Shown here piece after piece: positions 51,305-63,990 of a stretch of 64,000 nt of DNA. Location of the stretch: assembly GCA_963832165.1 (NCBI GenBank), contig CAWHTE010000011.1, positions 64,001 to 128,000 of the forward strand, read 5' to 3'. Each line of letters starts with the position of its first letter. Position 1 is the stretch's first letter. This DNA is from an uncultured delta proteobacterium. GTDB lineage: Bacteria > Myxococcota_A > UBA9160 > SMWR01. Both the position numbers and the translations under genes were made by a program. The notes beneath the pieces are model-generated. The model searched no databases. It saw nothing but the letters and a program-made list of their open reading frames with translations, and was not told where the DNA came from.

Positions 51305-51311
51305 CGGCGAG

Positions 51312-52010
51312 TTGGCACGGCGACCGAGCCAACGCGTCTGCGTCGAGAAGCGGCGCGGCGTGTTGTCGCTGCGCGTCGACGGAACCTGGGCGTCGTCGTA
51401 CCGCCCGGACAGCCCGCTCACGGGATCGGTCTGGGACGCGCTCGTGGCGCCGCTCGCGTGGCTGCCGCCCGGGCGCCGCCGCTCCGTGCTCGTGCTGGGG
51501 CTCGGCGGAGGCAGCGCGGCGCGGCTCGTGCGCGCGATCGCGCCGCGCAGCCGCGTGGTGGGCGTCGAGAGCAGCGCCGAGGTGCTCGACGCGGCGCGGC
51601 GCTGGTTCGAGCTCGACGCGCTCGGCATCGAGGTCGTGCACGGCTGCGCGCGCCAGTATCTGCGCCGCTGCCGCGCGCGCTTCGATCTCGTGATCGAGGA
51701 TGTGTTCGTGGGCGAGGGCCGAGCCGTCCACAAGCCGGATTGGCTGCCCACGCCGGGGCTCGCGATCGCGGCGCGCCTGGTGCACCGCGGGGGGCTTCTG
51801 ATCAGCAACGCGCTCGACGAGGCGCGCGACGTCTCGCGTGCGGTGCGCTCGCTGTTTCCCGCGTCGGTGCGGATCGGGGTCGAGGGTTATGACAACGCGA
51901 TCATGGTCGGCGGACCCGGCTCGCTCTCGGCGCGCGGTCTGCGCGCGGCCGCGGCGGCCCATCCTCTGCTGCGCGAGACGCTGCCGCAGTTGTCGTTCCG
52001 GACGCGGTAG
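51312..52010 (+). CDS. Spermidine-synthase-like SAM methyltransferase (alternative start 51204)
   Basis: 'VLVLGLGGGS', 'FDLVIEDVF'. Confidence 0.8.
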   Translation: MARRPSQRVCVEKRRGVLSLRVDGTWASSYRPDSPLTGSVWDALVAPLAWLPPGRRRSVLVLGLGGGSAARLVRAIAPRSRVVGVESSAEVLDAARRWFELDALGIEVVHGCARQYLRRCRARFDLVIEDVFVGEGRAVHKPDWLPTPGLAIAARLVHRGGLLISNALDEARDVSRAVRSLFPASVRIGVEGYDNAIMVGGPGSLSARGLRAAAAAHPLLRETLPQLSFRTR

Positions 52011-52023
52011 GTAGGTTCTGAAC

Positions 52024-52686
52024 GTGAACCCGCTCTCGATCGTGTGTGCCGCGGCGACCGCCGCGCTGCTCTGCGCGTGCGACCGCGCCGAGCCCGCACC
52101 CGCGCCGAGCACACCGCCCGTCGACGTGGCAGCGGTGCCCGCACCCGACGAGTCCACGGGATCCACCGAGTCCAGCGAATCCAGCATCGTGGTGATTCCG
52201 CCGTTCGACCCCGCGCTGCCGACGCTCGAGCTGGAGCTCCCGCCGCCCGCGGAGGTACCGGCCGCGAAGCCGCCCGCGCGCGCCCCCCGGCCGCGCCCCC
52301 CGGAGACGACCGCTACCGCCGTCGAGCCGCCCTCGGAGCATCTGCCGCTCGACCTGCTGCTGCGCACTCCGCAGGGAGCGCGCTCCGAGTCGAGCGCGGT
52401 GGATTTCCGAGCGCCCGAGGAGGCTGCGGCGCCGGCAGCACCCAAGCCGCCGGGCACGCTCGACCGCCTCGGACAGAGCATCCGGCTCGAGCGCCGAAAG
52501 GAAGCGATCGGCGTCGCGGGGCCGCGCCAGGGAACCCACTACGAGACGGATGCGGGCGTGCGCATTCCCGTCGACAAGGGTGTCGCGCTCGAGGGCGGCG
52601 TGCGCGTCGACTCGCGCGAGGAGCCCGGCGCGAAGGAGCCGCAGCGCAGCTCGACGCCGCGCGTGGGCGTCGAAGTGCAGTTCTGA
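52024..52686 (+). CDS. Pro-rich lipoprotein with beta-strand C-terminus ending in Phe
   Basis: Lipobox LCAC; C-terminal 'RVGVEVQF'. Confidence 0.6.
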   Translation: MNPLSIVCAAATAALLCACDRAEPAPAPSTPPVDVAAVPAPDESTGSTESSESSIVVIPPFDPALPTLELELPPPAEVPAAKPPARAPRPRPPETTATAVEPPSEHLPLDLLLRTPQGARSESSAVDFRAPEEAAAPAAPKPPGTLDRLGQSIRLERRKEAIGVAGPRQGTHYETDAGVRIPVDKGVALEGGVRVDSREEPGAKEPQRSSTPRVGVEVQF

Positions 52687-52698
52687 CCGGAAGCTCCG

Positions 52699-53508
52699 TT
52701 AATCCGCTTCCGAGGCGAACTCGATCACCGCGCGGTTGAACGCCTGCGCGGCCTCGACCATGACGAGGTGCGCGCCGTAGGCGAACGTGACGAGCCGCGC
52801 CCCCGGGATCTCGTCGGCGAGCTGGCGGTGGAATTTGGGCGGAGCGAGCGCGTCGTTGCGGCCGCACACCACGAGCGTCGGCTGATGGATGGCGTGGAGC
52901 CGGTCGAGAGTGTCGTGCGTGAGGCACGCCTCGCACTGGCGCGCGAACAGCTCCGGAGTGAGCGGCGCACCGTCGCGGCTGAAGAACGCGATCATCTGCT
53001 CGATCAGATCGGTCTGCTCGATCGTCTCGTCCTGCGCGGTCCAGAGCAGCCGGTCGCGCACGAGCACCTCGAGCGGCGCCCCGATCCGCGCGAGCTCGCG
53101 CCACTGCGTGAGCAGCATGCGGCGCTTCGCGTCGGGACGCGCGTAGGTGCCCACGAGCACGAGGCGCTCCACGCGCTCGGCGTGCCGCAGCGCGAGCTGC
53201 TGGGCCACCATGCCGCCCATGAACGCGCCGAGCACTGCGGCGCGCTTGATCGCGAGCGAGTCGAGCAGCTCCGCGAGCGTGTCGGCGAGATCGCTCGTGG
53301 TAAACGGTGCGTCGTCGCCCTCGCTGTTGCCCACGCCCGGGTAGTCGAAGATCACCGTGCGGCGGTGTCGCGAGAATTCCGGAACCTGGATCGGCAGCCA
53401 GCCGCGGCACGAGCCGCCGATGCCCATCGCGAGCACGAGCGGTGTGCCAGCCTGATCGCCGTGCTGCTCGTAGTAGAGCTTGCGACCGCGGACGACTGCG
53501 TGGGGCAC
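52699..53508 (-). CDS. Alpha/beta hydrolase
   Basis: 'FDYPGVGNS', 'GAFMGG', 'PTLVVCGRND', 'GAH'. Confidence 0.85.
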   Translation of the reverse strand: MPHAVVRGRKLYYEQHGDQAGTPLVLAMGIGGSCRGWLPIQVPEFSRHRRTVIFDYPGVGNSEGDDAPFTTSDLADTLAELLDSLAIKRAAVLGAFMGGMVAQQLALRHAERVERLVLVGTYARPDAKRRMLLTQWRELARIGAPLEVLVRDRLLWTAQDETIEQTDLIEQMIAFFSRDGAPLTPELFARQCEACLTHDTLDRLHAIHQPTLVVCGRNDALAPPKFHRQLADEIPGARLVTFAYGAHLVMVEAAQAFNRAVIEFASEAD

Positions 53509-53552
53509 GGCTCCGAAGTCTAAGCGGTCGCGCGCAGGGCTGCCGCGCGGGC

Positions 53553-53987
53553 TCAGTATCCGCCGCCGCCTCCCCCTCCTCCTCCCGCGGGCGAGCCGCT
53601 CGGTATCGCTGCGGCAGGCCGGTTGACGCGGAAGCGCAGCATGGCCCGCACCTCGCGCGGCTTCGAGTCGCGCGGTGCTTCGTACCGCCACTGGTCGAAC
53701 GCCTCGATCGCCGCGCGGTCGAAGATCTCGGCTGGATCCGAGGCCAGCACGATCGGATCGGTGACGAAGCCCCGCGAGTCGAGAATTCCCGAGACGATCA
53801 CCCACCCGCTCGGCCCGCGCGCAGCGACCGCGGCCGGGTACTTCGGCTTCGTTTCCTCCAGAGGCTTGCCACAGCAATCCTCCTCGAGGACCGCTCCCAT
53901 GCGCGCAGGAAAGGACGTGAGCGAGGGCGGCGGCGGAGACAGGCACCCCAGTACGAGAGCGGTCGCGGCGATCGTGACTCTGCGCAT
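53553..53987 (-). CDS. TonB C-terminal domain lipoprotein
   Basis: 'PKYP..A...G.V.V', 'FDRAAIEAFDQWRYEA'. Confidence 0.75.
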   Translation of the reverse strand: MRRVTIAATALVLGCLSPPPPSLTSFPARMGAVLEEDCCGKPLEETKPKYPAAVAARGPSGWVIVSGILDSRGFVTDPIVLASDPAEIFDRAAIEAFDQWRYEAPRDSKPREVRAMLRFRVNRPAAAIPSGSPAGGGGGGGGGY

Positions 53988-53995
53988 GGCTGACC

Positions 53996-54403
53996 TCAGG
54001 CTTCCCTGCTCCGTTCGAACGCAGGAAGCGAATCCGTGGGGCGACTCCAGCGCGGCGCATCGCCGACCCACGCGTGGTAAGAGGGCGGGAACGCCTCCGG
54101 GTCGTCCAGCGTTCGCGTGGTGACGTCGATCTCCGACGGCCTCTTCACGTGCTCGTACGTGAGCGGCGTGCCGCACGACCCGCAGAACCGGCGCGTCACG
54201 GGCGGGCTCGAGTGGAACGCCGCCGTGTCCCCGCGCTCGAAGCGGAACGCATGTGTTTGAAACGTCACCCACGCGACGGCGGTCGCGCCGGACGCGCGCG
54301 TGCACGAGTCGCAGTGGCAGACCATGCTCGACGTGGGGCGGCCGACGGCGCGATAACGAATCGCACCGCACGAACATCCGCCTTCGAACACGGGTTCCGT
54401 CAC
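53996..54403 (-). CDS. GFA/CENP-V family protein
   Basis: '[10 protein letters not shown]', 'CHCDSC', '[10 protein letters not shown]'. Confidence 0.9.
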   Translation of the reverse strand: MTEPVFEGGCSCGAIRYRAVGRPTSSMVCHCDSCTRASGATAVAWVTFQTHAFRFERGDTAAFHSSPPVTRRFCGSCGTPLTYEHVKRPSEIDVTTRTLDDPEAFPPSYHAWVGDAPRWSRPTDSLPAFERSREA

Positions 54404-54453
54404 CGTGATCGACAGTGTAGCCGCAGTTCGGCGCAGGTCGGGCGTCGCCCGAC

Positions 54454-55045
<592 letters not shown>

Positions 55046-55077
55046 GTGGTGAGCTGGGATTCTCGAGCCCCGGCCTG

Positions 55078-55566
55078 TCAGACCGAGAACAGGTTGTCGA
55101 TGTCGTCGTCCGTGATCTCGGAGAACGGCGTGCCGCCTCGCGCAGCCGCGCGCTCCGTCTTCTTCTGGATGTCCTCGAACACCTTCGCGAGCTCGGCGCC
55201 GGCCTTCTTCACGCGCAGGCGCACGAGTCCGAGCGAGCTCCGGTCGTCGAAGACCACCACGAGGATGATCCGCTGCGAAACCAGCGTGATGTGCAGGTTG
55301 TCGCGCTGGCCCTGGTGGAAGTGAACCGGGAAGTCGTCCTCACCGACGAGCTTGGCGAGCCCGCCCGTGGCTGCCACGCAGCCCGCGGTCAGCGACGCGA
55401 GGCTCGTCGTGTCGATGCCGCGCATCTCGCCGGCTTCCGCGATCAGCTGGCCGTTGCGATCGACCACGAAGATGCCCTTGGCGTTCGCGTCGCGGACGAG
55501 CCGCTGCACCACGCCGAGAATCCGGCGGTAGTCTTCGTCGTACATCACGAGCTGTGTGTCGCGCAT
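55078..55566 (-). CDS. mglB: Roadblock-domain GAP MglB
   Basis: '[11 protein letters not shown]', '[12 protein letters not shown]', '[13 protein letters not shown]'. Confidence 0.95.
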   Translation of the reverse strand: MRDTQLVMYDEDYRRILGVVQRLVRDANAKGIFVVDRNGQLIAEAGEMRGIDTTSLASLTAGCVAATGGLAKLVGEDDFPVHFHQGQRDNLHITLVSQRIILVVVFDDRSSLGLVRLRVKKAGAELAKVFEDIQKKTERAAARGGTPFSEITDDDIDNLFSV

Positions 55567-55707
55567 CCGCAAATGTCTCGATAACCGCTCGGGACTAAAG
55601 TGTTTTGCCGGCCCGCAAGGTACCCCCCCGGCGATGCGCGTGGCAACTCGCCAACGCGTCTACGTCTCGGCGTTCTGGGTGCAGATCTTGAGTTGCGCAC
55701 GGCGCAA

Positions 55708-56310
55708 TCACAACGTTCTCCGGTTCTCGACCGACATGCCCACCGTCACGTGATCGGCGTACTCGAGATCGCCGCCGAGCGGCATCCCGAATGCGATCCG
55801 CGACAGGCGCACGCCGGTCGGGCGCAGCGCGTCGATCAGATAGTGCGCGGTGGCGTCTCCCTCGGCGTTCGGGTTCGTGGCGAGCACCACCTCCTCGATC
55901 TCCCCGCTCTTCACGCGCGCCTCGAGCTCTGCGATCCGCAGCTCGTCGGGGCCGACGCCGTCGATCGGCGCGAACGCGCCGCCGAGCACGTGGTAGCGGC
56001 CGCGGAAACGCCCGCTGCGCTCGATCGCGGCGAGATCGGCGGGCTCCTCCACCACGCACAAGAGCTTGCGATCGCGGCGCTCGTCGCGACAGATCTCGCA
56101 CGGCGAGCGGTCGGTGAGGTCGAAGCAGAGCTCGCATAGCACGACGTCCTGCTTCAGCCGCGCGATCGAATCGGCGAGCTCGCTCACGTTCTCGTCGCTC
56201 GCGCCGAGCAGGTGGAATGCGAGTCGCGTCGCAGATTTCTCGCCGATGCCGGGCAGGCGCTTCAGGCTCGTGACGAGCCGGTCGATCGCGACGGAGCGGC
56301 GCATGGCCAC
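55708..56310 (-). CDS. recR: Recombination mediator RecR
   Basis: 'LPGIGEKSA', Cys4 finger, 'YHVLGG', 'EGDATA'. Confidence 0.97.
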   Translation of the reverse strand: MAMRRSVAIDRLVTSLKRLPGIGEKSATRLAFHLLGASDENVSELADSIARLKQDVVLCELCFDLTDRSPCEICRDERRDRKLLCVVEEPADLAAIERSGRFRGRYHVLGGAFAPIDGVGPDELRIAELEARVKSGEIEEVVLATNPNAEGDATAHYLIDALRPTGVRLSRIAFGMPLGGDLEYADHVTVGMSVENRRTL

Positions 56311-56313
56311 TCG

Positions 56314-56640
56314 CTAGACCGGCTTCCCGCCGCCCGCGAACGGCAGCCCGAGCCCACTCGACGCCTTCTGCATCTCTTCCTGCATCAGGCGCTGGGCGTT
56401 CGCGATCGCGGAATTGACGGCCGCTGCCGTGAGGTCCTGGAGCATCTCGCGGTCGCCCGACGCGACGAGTGAGGGCTCGATCGAGATCTTGAGCACGCGC
56501 AGTGCGCCCGAGACCTCCGCGCGCACCATGCCGCCGCCCGCGCTGCCCTCGATCCGGCGCGCCGCGAGCCTCTGCTGCAGCTCCGCGAGCTTGCTCTGCG
56601 CCTCCTGCGCCTTCGCGATCAGCTCGGCGATGTCCGCCAC
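56314..56640 (-). CDS. ybaB: YbaB/EbfC nucleoid-associated protein
   Basis: 'GSAGGGMV', 'EMLQDL..AA.N.A'; lies between dnaX and recR. Confidence 0.93.
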   Translation of the reverse strand: MADIAELIAKAQEAQSKLAELQQRLAARRIEGSAGGGMVRAEVSGALRVLKISIEPSLVASGDREMLQDLTAAAVNSAIANAQRLMQEEMQKASSGLGLPFAGGGKPV

Positions 56641-58316
56641 TAGCGGCTCCCTCCGAGCGGTCGGATGTCGACGATGTCGGCGCCGAGAATCTCGAGCGCG
56701 CGGTTCACGGCGGGATCGTTGAGCGCCTGCTGGCGCCGCTGGCGCACGACCTCGTTCGACGAAGCGCCGGGCGCGGGTGCCGCCACTTCAGGAGCGTCCT
56801 CGATCAGTACGCGCGTCGCGCGCCCGAAGAAGCTCGCGGCGAGCGCGTCGACCGCGTCCTGGCGCTCGCGCAGCCGGCGTGCCGCGAACGGCTCGGGCAC
56901 GCGGATCCGCACGCGCTCGGGATCGCGCTCGAGCAGCTCCGCGCCATCGAGCGCCGCGAAGATCCCGGGCTGGCTCGCGCGCGCGAACGCGCGCAGGCGG
57001 TCGAGCACGGTCGCGAGCGGCGCACCCGCGTCGGGTGCGGTGTGCGTCTCGGGCGCATCCGCGGGCGCGGCGTCGCTCTTGCGCGCGGGGCCACCGCGCG
57101 GCTTGCCCGAGGCGGCGGGCCCCGGACCGCTCGCGATCGGCGGCGAGCCGCCTTCGCTGCCGTCGGCGCCTGCGAGGCGCTTCTCGAGCGCGTCGAGCCG
57201 CGCGAGCAGCCGGCCCACGTCGTCGCCGTCGGGCATCGTGGCGAGTCGCACGACCGCGATCTCGAGCACCGCGAACGGTTGCGGTGCCCACGCGAGGTCC
57301 TCCTGCTCCTTCACGAGCGCGCGGAACATGCGCCGCAGGCGCGTCGCGTCGCTCTTCTCGGCGAGCGCGCGCAGCTCGGCGATCTCCTCGTCGGCGGCCT
57401 CGATCAGATCGGGCTGCTCGGGCGCGATCCGCACCACGACCAGATCGCGGAACAGCTGCAGGAGCGTCTCCGACAGGCGCTTCGCGTCGAGCCCCGCTTC
57501 GCCGGCTTCGCGGCACGCCGCGAGCGCGGCTGCCGCGTCGCTCTCGACGATCGCGGTGGCGATCCGCAAGAGCACGCGCCGGTCGACGAGGTCGAGCACG
57601 TCGAGCACCGCGGCGTCTTCGATCGCGCTGCCCGCGTAGGAGATCACCTGATCGAGCAGCGTCTGCGCGTCGCGCATCGAGCCGTCGGCTTCGCGCGCGA
57701 TCGCGAGCAGGCTCTTGTTCGACACGTCGATCGACTCGGCACGCGTGATCTCGGCCAGGCGCTCGACGATCTCCGGGGTGCGGATCCGGCGGAGGTCGTA
57801 GCGCTGGCAGCGCGACACGACCGTGAACGGGATCTTCTCGGGGTTGGTGGTCGCAAACACGAACAGGCTGCGCGCGGGCGGCTCCTCGAGCGTCTTCAGC
57901 AGCGCGTTGAACGCGGCCGCCGAGAGCATGTGCACCTCGTCGACGACGAAGATGCGGTACTTGCCCGGGGCCGCGGCATAGCGGATCGCCGAGATCAGCT
58001 CGCGCACGTCGTCGACGCTGGTGCGGCTCGCCGCGTCGATCTCCTGCACGTCGGTCGAGGTGCCCGAGATGATCTCGCGGCACGGATCGCACTCGCCGCA
58101 CGGCGTGTCGGTGGGGCCCTTGTCGCAGTTCAGGCAGCGCGCGAGGATGCGCGCGAGCGTCGTCTTGCCGACCCCGCGCGGGCCCGAGAGCAGGATCGCG
58201 TGCGGGACGCGCCCGGTGCGGATCGCGTTGCGCAGCGGCGTCGTGACGTGCGCCTGACCGCTGACGTCGTCGAACGTCTGCGGTCGCCACTTGCGCGCGA
58301 GTACCTGGTAGGACAT
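56640..58316 (-). CDS. dnaX: DNA polymerase III gamma/tau
   Basis: 'YQVLARKWRP', 'GPRGVGKTT', 'DEVHMLS', 'SRC'. Confidence 0.97.
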   Translation of the reverse strand: MSYQVLARKWRPQTFDDVSGQAHVTTPLRNAIRTGRVPHAILLSGPRGVGKTTLARILARCLNCDKGPTDTPCGECDPCREIISGTSTDVQEIDAASRTSVDDVRELISAIRYAAAPGKYRIFVVDEVHMLSAAAFNALLKTLEEPPARSLFVFATTNPEKIPFTVVSRCQRYDLRRIRTPEIVERLAEITRAESIDVSNKSLLAIAREADGSMRDAQTLLDQVISYAGSAIEDAAVLDVLDLVDRRVLLRIATAIVESDAAAALAACREAGEAGLDAKRLSETLLQLFRDLVVVRIAPEQPDLIEAADEEIAELRALAEKSDATRLRRMFRALVKEQEDLAWAPQPFAVLEIAVVRLATMPDGDDVGRLLARLDALEKRLAGADGSEGGSPPIASGPGPAASGKPRGGPARKSDAAPADAPETHTAPDAGAPLATVLDRLRAFARASQPGIFAALDGAELLERDPERVRIRVPEPFAARRLRERQDAVDALAASFFGRATRVLIEDAPEVAAPAPGASSNEVVRQRRQQALNDPAVNRALEILGADIVDIRPLGGSR

Positions 58317-58347
58317 CGGGGGGTGGTTTTCCTCGGCGCGGAGCGGA

Positions 58348-58450
58348 GATCGCAGGGCACCCCCGCTCGCAATCGAACACCGCTACCGCTGCTTCCTTCC
58401 GGATCTGACGGGGTTCACGGAGTCCGTGATTCGAGCGGGACCCTGCGATC
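58348..58450 (-). ncRNA. ffs: SRP (4.5S) RNA
   Basis: Helix 8 'GTCAGATCCGGAAGGAAGCAGC', complementary ends, upstream of dnaX. Confidence 0.93.
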
Positions 58451-58479
58451 GCAGCTCCGCGCCGGTGGGAACCCCCAAG

Positions 58480-59118
58480 TTAACGCGGGGCGACCCCCGC
58501 GTGCGACTTCCGCGCCAGAACCGCGAGCAGGAGCACGCCCGCGACCAGCTGAGCCGAGCGCCCCGGCTCGGGCACGTTGTCGATGTAGGGGCCTAGCCCG
58601 CTGTGGTCGAGAATCCCGTCGCTGAATTCGACCGTTGATGTCGGACCCGTCGCCGTGACGAAGACCGAACGGTGCGTCCAATTCGTATCTTCGCCGAGCG
58701 ATTGTTCGGTCTCGTTGAAGACCTCCGCCCCGTTCCAGCGGACGACCAGGTTGTAGAAGCTCATGAAGCCCCCGGGACGCGCCGCGAAGTCGAAGTTGAG
58801 CAGGTAGGAGGCGCCCGCCTGCGTCGCCACGGTCTGGCTGATCGCGCCCGAACAGTCCTGAGTGTCCAGCTCCGCGTGTTGCTCGCCGTCGGAGGGCGAT
58901 CCGCAGCAGTGGTCCTGTACCTCGATCCCGCAAAGGCTGAAACCGCTGGAGTCGGTCCAGCCGGGGACGTCCTCGGGGTCGTCGGGGGTCTCAAAGACCC
59001 GCGCGGTGCCGGCCTCGACGTCCGGCTCCTCGAAGCTCCCATTCACGAGCAGGTTCTGGGCGCTGGCCCCTTCCACGAACAGCAGCACCGCACCGATCGC
59101 GAGCAGCAGAATGCGCAT
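58480..59118 (-). CDS. DUF642/CBM-like PEP-CTERM protein
   Basis: Signal peptide; 'NLLVNGSFE', 'ISQTVAT..G..Y.L.F', 'GPYIDNVPEP'-TM-RK. Confidence 0.82.
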   Translation of the reverse strand: MRILLLAIGAVLLFVEGASAQNLLVNGSFEEPDVEAGTARVFETPDDPEDVPGWTDSSGFSLCGIEVQDHCCGSPSDGEQHAELDTQDCSGAISQTVATQAGASYLLNFDFAARPGGFMSFYNLVVRWNGAEVFNETEQSLGEDTNWTHRSVFVTATGPTSTVEFSDGILDHSGLGPYIDNVPEPGRSAQLVAGVLLLAVLARKSHAGVAPR

Positions 59119-59219
59119 AACTCCCCCGCAGCAACTGAGGAACGCTACCGCTCGGACGGGAGCCTTCCGTACTACAGGGGAAGGCGGAACAGGTCAAGCG
59201 CGAAAAAGGGAAGAGAGAT

Positions 59220-59309
<90 letters not shown>

Positions 59310-59441
59310 GCTCGACCCCCGACGACTCGCTATCGAGCCTCGACGTCGGTGACCCTCGGGGGCCCGATCTTATCGCATCCGCTGGCTCTGGATGACCCGC
59401 TCGACAGCGTTCGATAGTCTGCGAGAGAATCCTCTGGGGCG

Positions 59442-60710
59442 GTGCCAACGGTGATCTCCCTCTTCTGGATCGGGCTCGTCGCGTTCCTGTTACTCGCGCT
59501 CGCGCTCGATCTCGGCGTCTTCCACCGCGAGGCGCGCGAGCAGACCGCCGCCGAAGCGGCGCGCTGGTCGCTGGTCTGGGTCAGCCTGGCGCTCGTCTTC
59601 AACGTGTTCGTCTACTTCGCGTACGAACACCACTGGTTGGGAATCGGCTACGTCGGGGGCGTCGCGGTCGCCGGCAAGGACGCGGCGCTCGAGTTCCTGA
59701 CCGCGTGGGTGGTCGAGGAGTCGCTCAGCCTCGACAACATCTTCGTCATCGCGACGGTGATGGCCTACTTCAGGATTCCGGCCGAGAGCCAGTACCGCCT
59801 GCTGTACTGGGGAGTGCTCGGCGCGCTCGTGATGCGCTTCGTGTTCATCGTGTCGGGCCTCGCGCTGGTCCAGCGCTTCGCATGGACCACCTACATCTTC
59901 GGCGCCTTCCTGATCGTGACCGCCGTCAAGATGATGATCCAGAAGGAGGAGCTCCATCCGGAGCGGAACGGCCTCATGCGCCTGTTCCAGCGCTTCATGC
60001 CGCTGACCTCTGGGTTCCACGGCACGTCGTTCTTCACGCGCGACGCCAACCATCGTTGGATCGCGACGCCGATGTTCCTCGCGCTGCTCGTGGTCGAGAG
60101 CTCGGATCTGATGTTCGCGATCGATTCGCTGCCCGCGGTGATCGCGGTGACCTCGGATCCGTTCATCGCGTTCAGCTCGAACGCGTTCGCGATCCTGGGT
60201 CTGCGGAGCCTGTACTTCGTGATCGCGCCGCTGATCGCGCGCTTCCACTACATGAAGCAGAGCCTGATCTTCCTGCTCGCCTTCATCGGCGTGAAGATGC
60301 TGCTCTCCCACCACTACCCGATTCCGACGGCCGTCTCGCTCGTGTTCATCGTCGGGATTCTCAGCATCGGGATCCTCGCGTCGCTCTTGACCAGGTCCGA
60401 CAGCGACGAGCGAACCCGGCCGGACATGATGCGCAGCGCGCTGCGCACGGCGCGACGCGTGGTGGTGGGGATCATCGGCACCACCGTGTTCTCGCTCGGC
60501 ATCGTGATGATCATCCTGCCCGGCCCCGCGTTCCTGGTGATCCCGTTCGGCCTCGCGATCCTCGCCTCCGAGTTCGTGTGGGCACGGCGCTGGCTCGCGC
60601 GGATCCGCGGGAACGGCACGGCGTCTCCGTCGCCGGCCGCACTCGGAAAGGTGGTCGTGCTCTTCTTCGGCGCGGCGCTGCTCGCCGGATGGGCCGTCAC
60701 CCGTCTCTAG
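59442..60710 (+). CDS. TerC/Alx membrane protein fused to a PGPGW-like domain
   Basis: 'ESLSLDNIFV', 'DLMFAIDSLPA'; C-terminal 'LPGPA...GLAILASEFVWARR'. Confidence 0.9.
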   Translation: MPTVISLFWIGLVAFLLLALALDLGVFHREAREQTAAEAARWSLVWVSLALVFNVFVYFAYEHHWLGIGYVGGVAVAGKDAALEFLTAWVVEESLSLDNIFVIATVMAYFRIPAESQYRLLYWGVLGALVMRFVFIVSGLALVQRFAWTTYIFGAFLIVTAVKMMIQKEELHPERNGLMRLFQRFMPLTSGFHGTSFFTRDANHRWIATPMFLALLVVESSDLMFAIDSLPAVIAVTSDPFIAFSSNAFAILGLRSLYFVIAPLIARFHYMKQSLIFLLAFIGVKMLLSHHYPIPTAVSLVFIVGILSIGILASLLTRSDSDERTRPDMMRSALRTARRVVVGIIGTTVFSLGIVMIILPGPAFLVIPFGLAILASEFVWARRWLARIRGNGTASPSPAALGKVVVLFFGAALLAGWAVTRL

Positions 60711-61969
60711 CGGGTTCTGTCGATCTCGGATCGGAGCCACCAGAGCGCCGCGAGCCGCCCCGCCATCGAGACCGCGAACAGCATCGCGTATCCCTCGAGG
60801 GTGCGGTCCATGTGCGTGAAGATCTGGCTGCCGATCAGGGCGCCGATCGCGATCGCCACCGAATTCGCGAACGTGAACGCGGAGAGCACGCGCGCGCGGT
60901 CGCGATCTTCGATGCCTTCGAAGAACGACATCATCGTGGCGAATTCGAGCGCGGCCCACGACGTGCCCGCGAACGCCTGGAGCGCGAGCAGATAGGCGAA
61001 GTGATTGGAGACGAGCCACAGAACCGGCAGCGGCACGATCCCGAACGCGCCCCAGACCAGCAGCGCGCGGGTTCCACGGCGCTCCGCGAACGCGCCGAAG
61101 AACGGGAGGATCGCGATCCGCGCGACGAGCGCCGTCGCCGTGAGCGCCATGAACTCCGCGTAGGAGAGCCCGAGCGGGCCGAACATGTACGGCGTGAAAT
61201 AGGGGGCGGCGATGTGCACGGTCGCCGTCATCGAGAGCAGATAGACGATCACGCGCCCCGACCCCGCACCGCGAATCGCCTCGCGGATTCCGCTCGCCGC
61301 GAGCGCGCGGTGCTGATCGGCGAGCCCCCTCGCCTCGCTCTGCCGCGCGAGAAAGCTCGCGGAGATCAGGCGCGCGAGCAGCGCACCCGCGAACAGCGAT
61401 CCGAAGAGCGCGAGCGCACTGCCGTGCGAGTCGCCCCATTGCAGCGCGAGGCCGCCGACGAGCATGGCCGTGAGCAGTGCCGCGTGGCACAGGCGCGCTC
61501 GGCGTGCGAAGAAGCGCGCGCGGATGTCGGACGGAACGAGCGTGGTCACCCAGGCGTTCCAGGCGGGGCCGGTCGCCATCCCGAACGACCAGTACGCGAC
61601 GGTGGCGATCGCCACCCAGACGAGCTCGATGTGCCCGCGCCAGCCGCCGAAGGCGAGCGGCGCGAGCGCGAGCGCCTGCAGCGCCGCGCACACCGCCACC
61701 CAGCGCCGGTACGAATGGAGATGGCGCACCGCAAACGGCGTGATCAGCTGGAACACCGCACCCGCGAGCATCGGCAGCGTCGCGACGAGGCCCGCGGCCA
61801 CCTCGCCGTGGCCCGCGGCGAGCACGAACGCCGAGATGTAGGTCTCCCCGAGCCCGACCATCACGCTGAACGAGATGCCGTCCGCGGTGATCGCGCGCAG
61901 GTCGCGCGGCTGGTGCGGCTGCGAGGAGGTGAGTGCGGTCAAGGTTCGCGCAGCGGCGGGCCCGATCAT
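60707..61969 (-). CDS. MFS transporter
   Basis: About 12 TM; 'PAWNAWVTTLVP..IRARFFARR', 'AERRGTR'. Confidence 0.85.
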   Translation of the reverse strand: MIGPAAARTLTALTSSQPHQPRDLRAITADGISFSVMVGLGETYISAFVLAAGHGEVAAGLVATLPMLAGAVFQLITPFAVRHLHSYRRWVAVCAALQALALAPLAFGGWRGHIELVWVAIATVAYWSFGMATGPAWNAWVTTLVPSDIRARFFARRARLCHAALLTAMLVGGLALQWGDSHGSALALFGSLFAGALLARLISASFLARQSEARGLADQHRALAASGIREAIRGAGSGRVIVYLLSMTATVHIAAPYFTPYMFGPLGLSYAEFMALTATALVARIAILPFFGAFAERRGTRALLVWGAFGIVPLPVLWLVSNHFAYLLALQAFAGTSWAALEFATMMSFFEGIEDRDRARVLSAFTFANSVAIAIGALIGSQIFTHMDRTLEGYAMLFAVSMAGRLAALWWLRSEIDRTR

Positions 61970-62005
61970 CGGGCCCGCCGCGAGCGCGAGTCTAAACAAG
62001 AACGA

Positions 62006-63990
<1,985 letters not shown>

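Noticed and set aside
59310..59441. yybP-ykoY Mn riboswitch before terC
   Set aside because: Conserved GGGGAGTA-type motif not visible
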